Below the pieces are notes generated by a model. The model saw only the letters and a program-made list of their open reading frames with translations, was not told the DNA's origin and did not search any database. Below are positions 56,114 through 64,000 of a DNA stretch of 64,000 nt, piece after piece (position 1 is the stretch's first letter; every line of letters begins with the position of its first letter). A program made the position numbers and the translations under genes. This DNA is from Paracoccaceae bacterium (GTDB lineage Bacteria > Pseudomonadota > Alphaproteobacteria > Rhizobiales > Stappiaceae). The stretch spans positions 21,502-85,501 of the forward strand of contig PARB01000045.1 of the NCBI GenBank assembly GCA_002709505.1, written 5' to 3'.

Positions 56114-56500
56114 ATGAAACGTTTGCTGACCGCGCTGAGCGCCCTTTTCCTCACGGTCGCGCCGGTGGCCGCGGCCGACCTGCAAGTGACCGACGTCACC
56201 GTCGGCAGCGGCGCCAAAGCCGTTGCCGGCTCGACGGTCACGGTGCATTACACCGGCTGGCTGATGGACGGCACGAAATTCGATTCCAGCCGCGACCGGG
56301 GCGAGCCCTTCTCCTTCCCGCTCGGCGCCGGCCGCGTGATCCGCGGATGGGACGAAGGCGTTGCCGGGATGAAGGTCGGCGGACGCCGCGAACTCGTCAT
56401 CCCGCCGGAAATGGGTTATGGCGCGCGCGGTGCGGGCGGCGTGATCCCGCCGAACGCCACGCTGAAATTCGACGTGGAGCTCCTCGACGTCTCCAACTGA
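56114..56500 (+). CDS. Exported FKBP-type PPIase
   Basis: Signal peptide; [32 protein letters not shown]. Confidence 0.97.
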   Translation: MKRLLTALSALFLTVAPVAAADLQVTDVTVGSGAKAVAGSTVTVHYTGWLMDGTKFDSSRDRGEPFSFPLGAGRVIRGWDEGVAGMKVGGRRELVIPPEMGYGARGAGGVIPPNATLKFDVELLDVSN

Positions 56501-56563
56501 TCGTCGCAAGGAAGGCGACCGACTCCCTTGAGAGACCATCCGCCGGGCCGGAGGACCTCCGTG

Positions 56564-57214
56564 TCACTCCGGCCCGACCCCCTCTTGCCCTTTGTTGTCG
56601 CTGTCGGCTGCCCGAAGCAGCCCAACGGCGCGCCGCATGCGCTGCACGGCCGTCAGATGCGACAGCACGCCGTAGACACCAAGGCCGGCGGCAATCACGC
56701 TTGCCCCGGCAATGCCGGCAAGCGGCGCCGCCCCGGCCGCCAGCAACATCGCGCACAGAAAGATTATCCGCTCCAACCGCTCGAAAAAGTCCGGCCAAGC
56801 CTCGTTGCTGATCGGGATCTCGATGGCGGTTCTTGCCTTGGCGTAGCTCGTCAGTACACCGCCGGAAAAGGCAAAGAGCGCCAGTCCCCACATGTCCTGC
56901 GCGGCGGCGATTGCCGCCAGCACCGCGAGCTCCTGGTAACGGTCGACCATTGCGTCGAAATAGCCGCCCCAGCGCGTGCACATGTTGCGCCGCCGCGCCA
57001 CCGCCCCGTCCAGCGCATCGAAGGCGAAGGACACAGCCAGCGTCACCCCGAAAAGCGCGGCATTGCCGTGCCAGAGATAGGCGAGCGAGGCGAGGCAAAT
57101 CAGCACGAGACCCGTTGCGGTCACCTGGTTCGGCGTCACCCGCGCGCGCACCAGCGGCGTTGAGAAGCTTTCCCACAAAGGGTCGATATGGCGCTTGAAC
57201 AATCCGTCGATCAT
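56564..57214 (-). CDS. CDP-alcohol phosphatidyltransferase (PIP synthase-like)
   Basis: TPNQVT, DALDGAVAR...GGYFDAMVDR, SYAKAR, ERLER. Confidence 0.92.
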   Translation of the reverse strand: MIDGLFKRHIDPLWESFSTPLVRARVTPNQVTATGLVLICLASLAYLWHGNAALFGVTLAVSFAFDALDGAVARRRNMCTRWGGYFDAMVDRYQELAVLAAIAAAQDMWGLALFAFSGGVLTSYAKARTAIEIPISNEAWPDFFERLERIIFLCAMLLAAGAAPLAGIAGASVIAAGLGVYGVLSHLTAVQRMRRAVGLLRAADSDNKGQEGVGPE

Positions 57215-57280
57215 CGGTGCGGGATCCCTTGAAGGCGCCGTCTCCGGCGGCGATTTCGGTTTGAAGACATGCGTCCGGCC

Positions 57281-58843
57281 CTATCGGTAAAGGGACAAAA
57301 GCCCCTTGCGGTGACGGTCGAGCCGCGCCGCGCGGGCCGCGCAGCGCGCTACACCGGCGGGCTCGGGATCATAGATCTCGACCGGGCCGGAGGACAGAGC
57401 GGGCGCCGCCGCCTGAACGCTGTCGAACCAGCCGAGCGCCGCACCGGCAATGGCGGCGGCTCCGCGCACGCCCGCATGGCGCGGCGCGCGCACCTCGACC
57501 CTGCGGTCAAGCGCATCGGCGAGCAATTGGGCGAACCGGGGATTGACGGCGGCACCGCCGACCAGCGGCAACGGCAGGTCGTGGCGCACGCCCTTCTGGC
57601 GCGCGACCTTCGACATAGCCCAGCGCAGATTCAGCGCAACGCCCTCCAGGGTCGCCCGCAAAACCGCGTTTCGGTCGTGGCGCACGCTCAGACCATAAAG
57701 CACCCCGCGCAGACGGTCGTCGTCGACGGGAACACGCTCGCCGGCGAGCCACGGCACGAACAGCGGATCATCGTCCTGCAACTCGCCGATACCGTCATAA
57801 AGCGTGTCCAGCGCGCTGTCGCTGTCGCCGGCGGATTCGCCGACGAGACGGGCGGCCCAGGCGAAAGCCGTTCCAGCACTTTCCTGGGTCGCGATCAGAA
57901 GCGGCCGGAACCCGACGCTGCTGGCAATGGTGGCGTAGGAGTGGAACACATCGAGCCGGCGGGACGGAAAAAAGCCGCTCAGCCACGCGCTCGTGCCGGC
58001 ATAGACGTGAAGCTGGCCGTCCTCCACCGCCCCCGAACCGATCGCCGTCGCCCCGACATCGCCGGCACCGGCGACGACGGGAAGCGCCGCCGAAAGTCCA
58101 AGGTCCTCCGCCGCCCTCTCGGCGAGACGGCCTGCAATGGAGGCGCCGTCGACGATCTCCGGCAGCTTGTCGAGCGGAATTCCGAGCCGGCCGGCGAGAA
58201 AGGGCGACCAGCCCTCCCGCCCCGGGCGCGTGTCCATCATCCACGTCAGGTTGGCGCTGTCGGCGGTCGTGGTGAGAGCGCCGGTGGCGCGGAAGATCAG
58301 CCAGTCCTTGACGTCGAGAAGCTTGTGCGACGCAGCCCAAACCTCCGGTTCATGGGTCTTGATCCACAGCATCTTGGCCGGCGGGTCCATGCCGTTGTGC
58401 GACGGCGCGCCATTGGCGATCCTTGTCCAGGTGAACAATTTGTCCGCACGGTATCCGGCAACCGCGGGAAATCCACCGTTCATCTTGCGCGACATTGCGC
58501 CGGCGCGCTTGTCGAGCGAGATCAGGGCCGGGCGCAGCACATCGCCCGCGCGGTCGACGCACACCAGCCCGCACATCTGCGCGCAAGGGACCAGCGCCAC
58601 CGCGCGCTCCCTCAGGTCCGGGATCTGGTCGTGCAGCGCGGCAATGCCCCGGCGCAGGGCCTGCCACCAGTCGTCCGGCTGTTGTTCGGCCCTGTCCGGA
58701 CCGGGCAAGGAAAGCGGATAGGCTTCGGCCGCGGTCGCCAGGAGCGACAGCGAGCGATCGAGCGCTGCAAGCTTGACGCCCGATGTTCCGAAGTCGGCCG
58801 CAATCACCAGTTCGCGACTGTTCTGCTCGTCCCGTATCACCAC
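57281..58843 (-). CDS. FGGY carbohydrate kinase (xylulokinase-like)
   Basis: DFGTSGVK, GAGDV, GTS, PWLAGER, EGVA. Confidence 0.92.
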   Translation of the reverse strand: MVIRDEQNSRELVIAADFGTSGVKLAALDRSLSLLATAAEAYPLSLPGPDRAEQQPDDWWQALRRGIAALHDQIPDLRERAVALVPCAQMCGLVCVDRAGDVLRPALISLDKRAGAMSRKMNGGFPAVAGYRADKLFTWTRIANGAPSHNGMDPPAKMLWIKTHEPEVWAASHKLLDVKDWLIFRATGALTTTADSANLTWMMDTRPGREGWSPFLAGRLGIPLDKLPEIVDGASIAGRLAERAAEDLGLSAALPVVAGAGDVGATAIGSGAVEDGQLHVYAGTSAWLSGFFPSRRLDVFHSYATIASSVGFRPLLIATQESAGTAFAWAARLVGESAGDSDSALDTLYDGIGELQDDDPLFVPWLAGERVPVDDDRLRGVLYGLSVRHDRNAVLRATLEGVALNLRWAMSKVARQKGVRHDLPLPLVGGAAVNPRFAQLLADALDRRVEVRAPRHAGVRGAAAIAGAALGWFDSVQAAAPALSSGPVEIYDPEPAGVARCAARAARLDRHRKGLLSLYR

Positions 58844-59011
58844 TCGTCCCCCGACCTGGCCCGGCCATATATTGCCCGTGCGCCGGGACCGGGTTTATAG
58901 AGATCGACGACAAAAATGAACTCCCGAACGCATCCTGCGGCGCGAAAGGCCGGTCGAGGACACCGGCGCGAGGATCCGGACCGGATCCCAAACAGGGAAA
59001 ACCGACCAGCC

Positions 59012-60001
59012 ATGTCCGAAGGCGAGAAGACGGCCCAGACATCACCCCGCATCGACGTGGTCTACACATGGGTCGACGACACATTTCCCGGATATGCCGA
59101 GACACTGCGGCACTTCGCGACGAACCGGCACGACACCAATCCCAACCGGACACGCGACAATCTGGAGATGCTGCGCTATTCGCTGCGCTCGCTGGAACGT
59201 CACGTGCCCTTCGTCGGCCGCGTGCATCTGCTGACCTGCCGCCCGCAGGTGCCGGACTGGCTGAACGCCGAACACCCCGACATTTCGGTCGTGCACCACG
59301 ACGAGATCATGGCGCCGGAGATCCTGCCGACCTTCAATTCCTTCGCCATCGTCAGCCATCTGGGCAAGCTGCCCGGCGTGAGCGAGCGCTTTCTCTATTG
59401 CGAGGACGACATGCTGTTCCTGGCGCCGGCGCAACTGGCGGACTTCGTCGAGGACGACGGCCGCGCGCGTGTCTTCGCCAAGAACAGGGATGCCCCCGTC
59501 CAGGCGCGGACGAAGCCCGAAGACAGCCCGTGGAACCGGTCCATGGCAAACGCCAATGCGGCCCTCGACCGTGAATTTGCGTCGCATCGCCGGCGGTTCC
59601 TCGCCCATGGCCCGCGGCTGATCGAGCGCAACTCGTTCGAGGAAATGTGCAACCGCTTCCCGGGCGAGATCGCGGCGACGCGGGCGTCGCGTTTCCGCGG
59701 CGGCGACAACGTGCCACCAGAGTATCTTTATCCGCACTATCTGCTGGAGGAAGACGCGGCCGTGCTTGCGTCGGACGCCGAGAAGCGGCGGATGACCGGC
59801 TATGCCTCGATCGACAATTTCCTGCCCTGGACCTGGTTGCAGCTTGCAAGGCTCGACCGCCTGCGCCCCGTCACGGCAACGCTCAACGACAATTTCAACA
59901 ACCATCCGAACCCGCGTGTCGTTGCCCATCTGCGCAAGCGGCTGAACCGCTGGTTTCCCGAGCCGTCGCGCTTCGAGCGTCCCGACTGCCCGCCGGCCTG
60001 A
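59012..60001 (+). CDS. Stealth family sugar-1-phosphate transferase
   Basis: IDVVYTWVD, LRYSLRSLE, LPTFNS, FLYCEDDM. Confidence 0.92.
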   Translation: MSEGEKTAQTSPRIDVVYTWVDDTFPGYAETLRHFATNRHDTNPNRTRDNLEMLRYSLRSLERHVPFVGRVHLLTCRPQVPDWLNAEHPDISVVHHDEIMAPEILPTFNSFAIVSHLGKLPGVSERFLYCEDDMLFLAPAQLADFVEDDGRARVFAKNRDAPVQARTKPEDSPWNRSMANANAALDREFASHRRRFLAHGPRLIERNSFEEMCNRFPGEIAATRASRFRGGDNVPPEYLYPHYLLEEDAAVLASDAEKRRMTGYASIDNFLPWTWLQLARLDRLRPVTATLNDNFNNHPNPRVVAHLRKRLNRWFPEPSRFERPDCPPA

Positions 60002-61147
60002 TCAGGACTGCAACGCGTCCCGGTAGATCTCCACGAAGGCCGGCCCCGTGGCCTCGACGCCAAAGGAAAGCGCATGCGGCAACGCCCAGGCAGTGAGCGC
60101 CCGGCGCGCCGATACGTCACCGCATAGCTCGATCAGCTTCGCCGCGAGCGCCGGCGCATCACCCGGCGGCACCAGCAGCCGCTCGCCCGGCCCGGTAAGC
60201 ACGGTGCGATAGCCCTCGTTGGCGGCCGCCACCGGCAGGGTTCCGGCCGCCATCGCCTCGATAAGAATGAGCCCGAAGCTTTCGCCGTAAAGCGACGGCG
60301 CCACCAGCAGATCCGCCTCCGCGACACGCCGGCGCGCGCTCTCAGCATCCGGCGAGGGGACGAACCGGATGCGCTCGCCCGCCGTGCCCTGCATGGCCGC
60401 ATGCACCAGATCCTCCTGCGGACCGCCCCCGGCAACGGTCAGCCGAACGCCGGGAAGCCGTGCCGCCACCTCCGGCCATGCCCCGAGCAGGACGCCCAGC
60501 CCCTTGCGCGCCTCGAAGCGGCCGAGAAAAACGATCTCCGTGTCCGTGGCGCCATCCGCCCGCCTCAGGTGGGCGCCGGCAGCCTGCCAGGGAGCGAGAT
60601 CGATGGCCGGCGGCAGGACATGCGCCGCGACCCCGGCATCCTGCGGCCGCAAATGGGCAAGCGGCGTGGCGGAAGGCACGATGGCGGCACGCGAATGCGT
60701 CAGGAAATGCCTCGCGGCCCGGCGCAGGGCGCGCGCGGCAAGGCCGCCCGTCCTGTCCTGCGGCAAGGTCGCATGAAAGGTGGTGACGGTCGGCAGGTCG
60801 AGATCGCGCCAGACCTGCCAGGCCATGAAAGGGGTCCAGGGCGTGTGCAGGTGAACGAGCTCCGCGCCCCAGCTGCGCAACGAGGCAACCAGCGCGCGAC
60901 GGTCGCGCGAGCGGGCATGGCTGACCTCGAAGCCGGTCCCGAACAGCTGCGCCTTGACGGCCCGCCCGCAATGATCGACCCCGGCAAGCGGCGCCTTGTC
61001 GAGCGGATAAGGCGCGACGACACGCACCTGGTGACCGGCGCGCTCAAGCCATGCGGCGAGGTCGCGGACGTGCGCCTGCACGCCGCCCGGACGGACAAGG
61101 TCATAGGGGCAGATCTGGACGATCTTCATCGCGCGCGCATCATCCAT
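60002..61147 (-). CDS. GT4 glycosyltransferase, PimA-like
   Basis: CPYDLVRPGGVQAHV, TFHA, FLGRFEARKG, GESFGLILIEAMAAG. Start is 61147 or 61129. Confidence 0.9.
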   Translation of the reverse strand: MDDARAMKIVQICPYDLVRPGGVQAHVRDLAAWLERAGHQVRVVAPYPLDKAPLAGVDHCGRAVKAQLFGTGFEVSHARSRDRRALVASLRSWGAELVHLHTPWTPFMAWQVWRDLDLPTVTTFHATLPQDRTGGLAARALRRAARHFLTHSRAAIVPSATPLAHLRPQDAGVAAHVLPPAIDLAPWQAAGAHLRRADGATDTEIVFLGRFEARKGLGVLLGAWPEVAARLPGVRLTVAGGGPQEDLVHAAMQGTAGERIRFVPSPDAESARRRVAEADLLVAPSLYGESFGLILIEAMAAGTLPVAAANEGYRTVLTGPGERLLVPPGDAPALAAKLIELCGDVSARRALTAWALPHALSFGVEATGPAFVEIYRDALQS

Positions 61148-61877
61148 CGCGCCGGGCAAGCGTTTCGACCAGACCCTCGGCGACATCGGCAAGCGCATAG
61201 ACGAGCAGGAAGACGATCAGCCAGGTCAAGGTCCCGCTCCACCAGGCAAGCAGCAGAGCCGGCGGGATCGCCCCGCTCAGCCCGGCAAAGAACCAGAGCA
61301 CGACATCCAGCGGGCCGGCCGGCCGTTTCTCACCGGCCGCATCGGCCGCGTGGACCGCGTCGGCGCCGCCCGCGCCGGCATCGCGCACGACCCTGGCGTA
61401 GAGCCGGACCCAGGCGGCCGCGCAGCCTACCGCCGTCCAGAGCGCGCCGGCGTCGAGCGCCCGGTCCGCCAGGAGCCCGATGCTGCCGTAGAGCAGGCCC
61501 CACTGCGCCATGTCGATCAGGAAGTCGAGCGTTCCGCCAAGCCGTGACGTGCGCCCGGTGCAGCGGGCGAGCCCGCCGTCGACGCAATCGAGGATCTGGA
61601 ACACAATCGCGACCAGCCCCACCCCGAGAGCGGCCTGCTCGAGCGGCAGCGCCAGCGCCAGCACCGGCATGGACAGGGCCAGCGGCACGGAGGACAGCGT
61701 GACGGCGGTCGGCGAGACAGGCGTGCGCGCAAGCAGCCAGATAAGCGGAAAACTCCAGATGCGATAGAACAGCAAGACGGCCCAGTCGCCCCGCAATTCC
61801 CCCTGCCGCTTGTCCCGTCCATAGTCCCGAAGGACGCTGGCGAAGGTCGGGGCGCCATTCAATCCCGTGTTGCTCAC
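61140..61877 (-). CDS. CDP-alcohol phosphotransferase
   Basis: PVSPTAVT, DCVDGGLAR...GGTLDFLID. Confidence 0.88.
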   Translation of the reverse strand: MSNTGLNGAPTFASVLRDYGRDKRQGELRGDWAVLLFYRIWSFPLIWLLARTPVSPTAVTLSSVPLALSMPVLALALPLEQAALGVGLVAIVFQILDCVDGGLARCTGRTSRLGGTLDFLIDMAQWGLLYGSIGLLADRALDAGALWTAVGCAAAWVRLYARVVRDAGAGGADAVHAADAAGEKRPAGPLDVVLWFFAGLSGAIPPALLLAWWSGTLTWLIVFLLVYALADVAEGLVETLARRDG

Positions 61878-61946
61878 CTGCCCTCTCTTGCCCCGTTGCC
61901 GGGCCTCGCTTATGACAGGATCGACTTATCATATTCCGGCGGTTCA

Positions 61947-62717
61947 ATGGTCGACATCACTGCAATTTTTCTGGCCGCCGGGCGTGGCATGCGCATGGGC
62001 GAACGCGGACGCATGATCCCCAAGGGATTGCTGTCGATCGGCGAGGCGACCTTCGTCGAGGAAGCGGCCAGCACCTTGCGCGCACACGGGATTTCGGCGC
62101 CGCGCATCGTCACCGGCCACCTGGCGGATCAATATGCAACGCTGGCGAGCGAACGCCTGCCCGACGCCGAGCTGCGCCACAATCCGGACTTCGCCACCAA
62201 GGGCTCGCTCCACAGCCTGCTCGTCGGACTGCGAGGCCAGACCGGACCGTGCCTGCTGCTGGAATCCGACCTGATTTTCGAGCCGCGCGCCGTGGCGGCC
62301 GCGATTGCCGACCCGTCGCAGGCCGCCCTTCTTGTATCCGGCGCAACGGGCGCGGGCGACGAGGTCTATGTCTGGGCCGACGAGAAAGCCGGCCGGAACT
62401 GTCTGCGCGACATGTCCAAAGACGCCGCGCGCTGGCCGGATCGCCATCATGGCGAGCTGGTCGGACTGACCTATCTGACCGAACGGGCCGTGGCGCATCT
62501 GAACGCCATCGGCGCCGCAATGGTCGCGCGGGACCCGATGGCAGACTATGAAAGCGGCATCGTCGCCCTCGCCGGTGAGGAGCCGGTCGCCTGTCCGCGG
62601 ATCGACGATCTCGCATGGGCGGAAGTCGACAACGAGGCAATGCTGGAACGCGCCGCGACCCTCGTCTATCCGCGCATTGACGCGGCCCGCAGGGCACACC
62701 CGCTAATGCGGGCGTGA
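61947..62717 (+). CDS. Cytidylyltransferase / NTP transferase (LicC/IPCT-like)
   Basis: LAAGRGMRM...PKGL, ESDL, WAEVD. Confidence 0.88.
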   Translation: MVDITAIFLAAGRGMRMGERGRMIPKGLLSIGEATFVEEAASTLRAHGISAPRIVTGHLADQYATLASERLPDAELRHNPDFATKGSLHSLLVGLRGQTGPCLLLESDLIFEPRAVAAAIADPSQAALLVSGATGAGDEVYVWADEKAGRNCLRDMSKDAARWPDRHHGELVGLTYLTERAVAHLNAIGAAMVARDPMADYESGIVALAGEEPVACPRIDDLAWAEVDNEAMLERAATLVYPRIDAARRAHPLMRA

Positions 62718-63929
62718 CAGGACGGCCTGCGCGACAAGCGTTCCGACGAGGGCGAAGACAACGGCGATCCAGCTGCTGGTAAAGCCGGACAGCGCGCCGA
62801 TCTCGCCCATCGCCCAGGACACCTTCGTGGCCACGAGCGCGAAATAGCCGCACAGCGCCAGCCCGACGATCCTCCCAGGCGAGACGATCCGGCCGGAGCC
62901 GGCGATCGGCGCCAGACTGGCCCCAAGCAGCGCATAGGCTCCGGGAAGGAAAAACGCCGCGATGCGCCGCCAAAGCGCCGCGTCGACATCCGGCCCCTTT
63001 AACGGATTGGCGTCCGCCGCCAGAAGTTCAAGCGGCTGTTGCGGAAGATAGAAGGCCGGAATGTCGAAATACGTCAGGGTCGACGGAAGCACATCCAGGC
63101 GAATGTCGAGCGTTGAATAGCGCGAGATCAGATAGAGCGGTCGCTCCGCATACCCCTCCGATCCCGCCTCGCCCTCGTCCCCGCTTCTATCGTCGGGCGG
63201 CAAGCTCGCCCAAAGGTCCACGTCGTGAAACCGCCAGAAACCGCCCTGCCCCAGGGGCTCTGCCTTGCGCGCAACGATCACGTCGCGCAAGTCGCCGGAA
63301 ACCACCCCTCGATAGAGCTCCACATCCCTGAATTCCGGCCGATCGGCACGCACGATCCGTGCCCTCAGCGTCGTGTCGTTGACCACGAGCCAGCGCTTCT
63401 CCGCAAGCACGCCCCGTTTGAAACGGCCGCCATAGGCGCCAAGTTCGAGATCCGCCTGGGCGAAGACCGCGGCCGGTCGCCACCAACGTTCCAGCGACCC
63501 CTGCAACGCGCCGCTGAGGCAGGCAAAGGCGGCAACGGCCACCAGCGTCTGCCGCGGCGACCAGCCGGCGGCGGCAAGGATCGTCGTCTCGCGATTGAAC
63601 AGACGATAGAGTTCCGCCGCGAACACCCCGATGAAACAGGCGACCGGAAAGAGCCGCGTCACGATATCGACCGTGCGAAATCCGAGATAGGTCGCAAGAA
63701 GCACAGGGCCGGACCGCTCGAGCTCGACGGCGCGGGCGAGCACGCCGTCGAGGTTCTGCGCCAGATCGATCGCCCAGGCGATGATCAGGAACATCGTCAT
63801 CACAAGCGCCGTCACTTTCACGTAGAGCGCAAGCGCCCGGCGGGCGGCAATGCCGAACAGCGCGACAGGAGGTCCGGCGGCGATCCGCCACCCGTAGCTG
63901 CCTTTTGCCTGCGCCGCCCCCATGCTCAT
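62703..63929 (-). CDS. LptF/LptG family permease (divergent paralogue)
   Basis: Three TM helices, beta-rich periplasmic region, three TM helices; LFNRETTILAAAGWS motif. Confidence 0.8.
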   Translation of the reverse strand: MSMGAAQAKGSYGWRIAAGPPVALFGIAARRALALYVKVTALVMTMFLIIAWAIDLAQNLDGVLARAVELERSGPVLLATYLGFRTVDIVTRLFPVACFIGVFAAELYRLFNRETTILAAAGWSPRQTLVAVAAFACLSGALQGSLERWWRPAAVFAQADLELGAYGGRFKRGVLAEKRWLVVNDTTLRARIVRADRPEFRDVELYRGVVSGDLRDVIVARKAEPLGQGGFWRFHDVDLWASLPPDDRSGDEGEAGSEGYAERPLYLISRYSTLDIRLDVLPSTLTYFDIPAFYLPQQPLELLAADANPLKGPDVDAALWRRIAAFFLPGAYALLGASLAPIAGSGRIVSPGRIVGLALCGYFALVATKVSWAMGEIGALSGFTSSWIAVVFALVGTLVAQAVLSRPH

Positions 63930-64000
63930 GCCCGTTCGTTCACCGGACGCAGCAACGCCGCCGATCGCGCCCCGACCGTCAGCACCAGGAGCAACGCAAG
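63926..64000 (-). CDS. 3' end of a membrane protein, probably the partner LptF/G
   Basis: Hydrophobic C-terminus whose TGA overlaps the ATG at 63929; truncated by the window edge. Confidence 0.4.
   Translation of the reverse strand, partial: LALLLVLTVGARSAALLRPVNERA

Overview
High-GC alphaproteobacterial (Rhizobiales-like) chromosome window. The left half holds two islands in tandem at the 3' end of a minus-strand tRNA(CAT) at 30509-30585. (i) An older island without an integrase (~1.5-14.4 kb), bounded by a decayed 47-bp tRNA copy. It encodes paralogous secreted beta-sandwich/VWA proteins, a secreted Cys-repeat protein, LemA, two DUF3137-like proteins, a Na+/solute symporter, and an apparently catalytically dead alpha/beta-hydrolase fused to a PAS-LuxR regulator. 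A shared palindrome (TCYCCCA-WW-TGRGRGA) lies upstream of its cargo transcription units, suggesting an undescribed self-contained regulon. (ii) A younger ~16.1-kb PICI/P4-like element (14414-30523; integrase, AlpA, helicase, iteron region, TerS-like). It carries a type I R-M operon whose HsdS has an extra DarG-CTD/Panacea-like domain, followed by HNH, DUF4145-DUF5655, HEPN-like and CoiA-like genes. The right half looks like core genome: peptide ABC exporter, divergent murA, TRAP/amidase catabolic cluster, lysE, htpG, GDPD, a caspase/CHASE2-cyclase operon, MFS, beta-oxidation enzyme and FKBP. It ends with a lipid head-group cluster (two CDP-alcohol phosphotransferases, PimA-like GT4, Stealth, NTP transferase, FGGY kinase) beside non-canonical lptF/G paralogues. 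All family calls are from motif recognition by eye; no database search was run.
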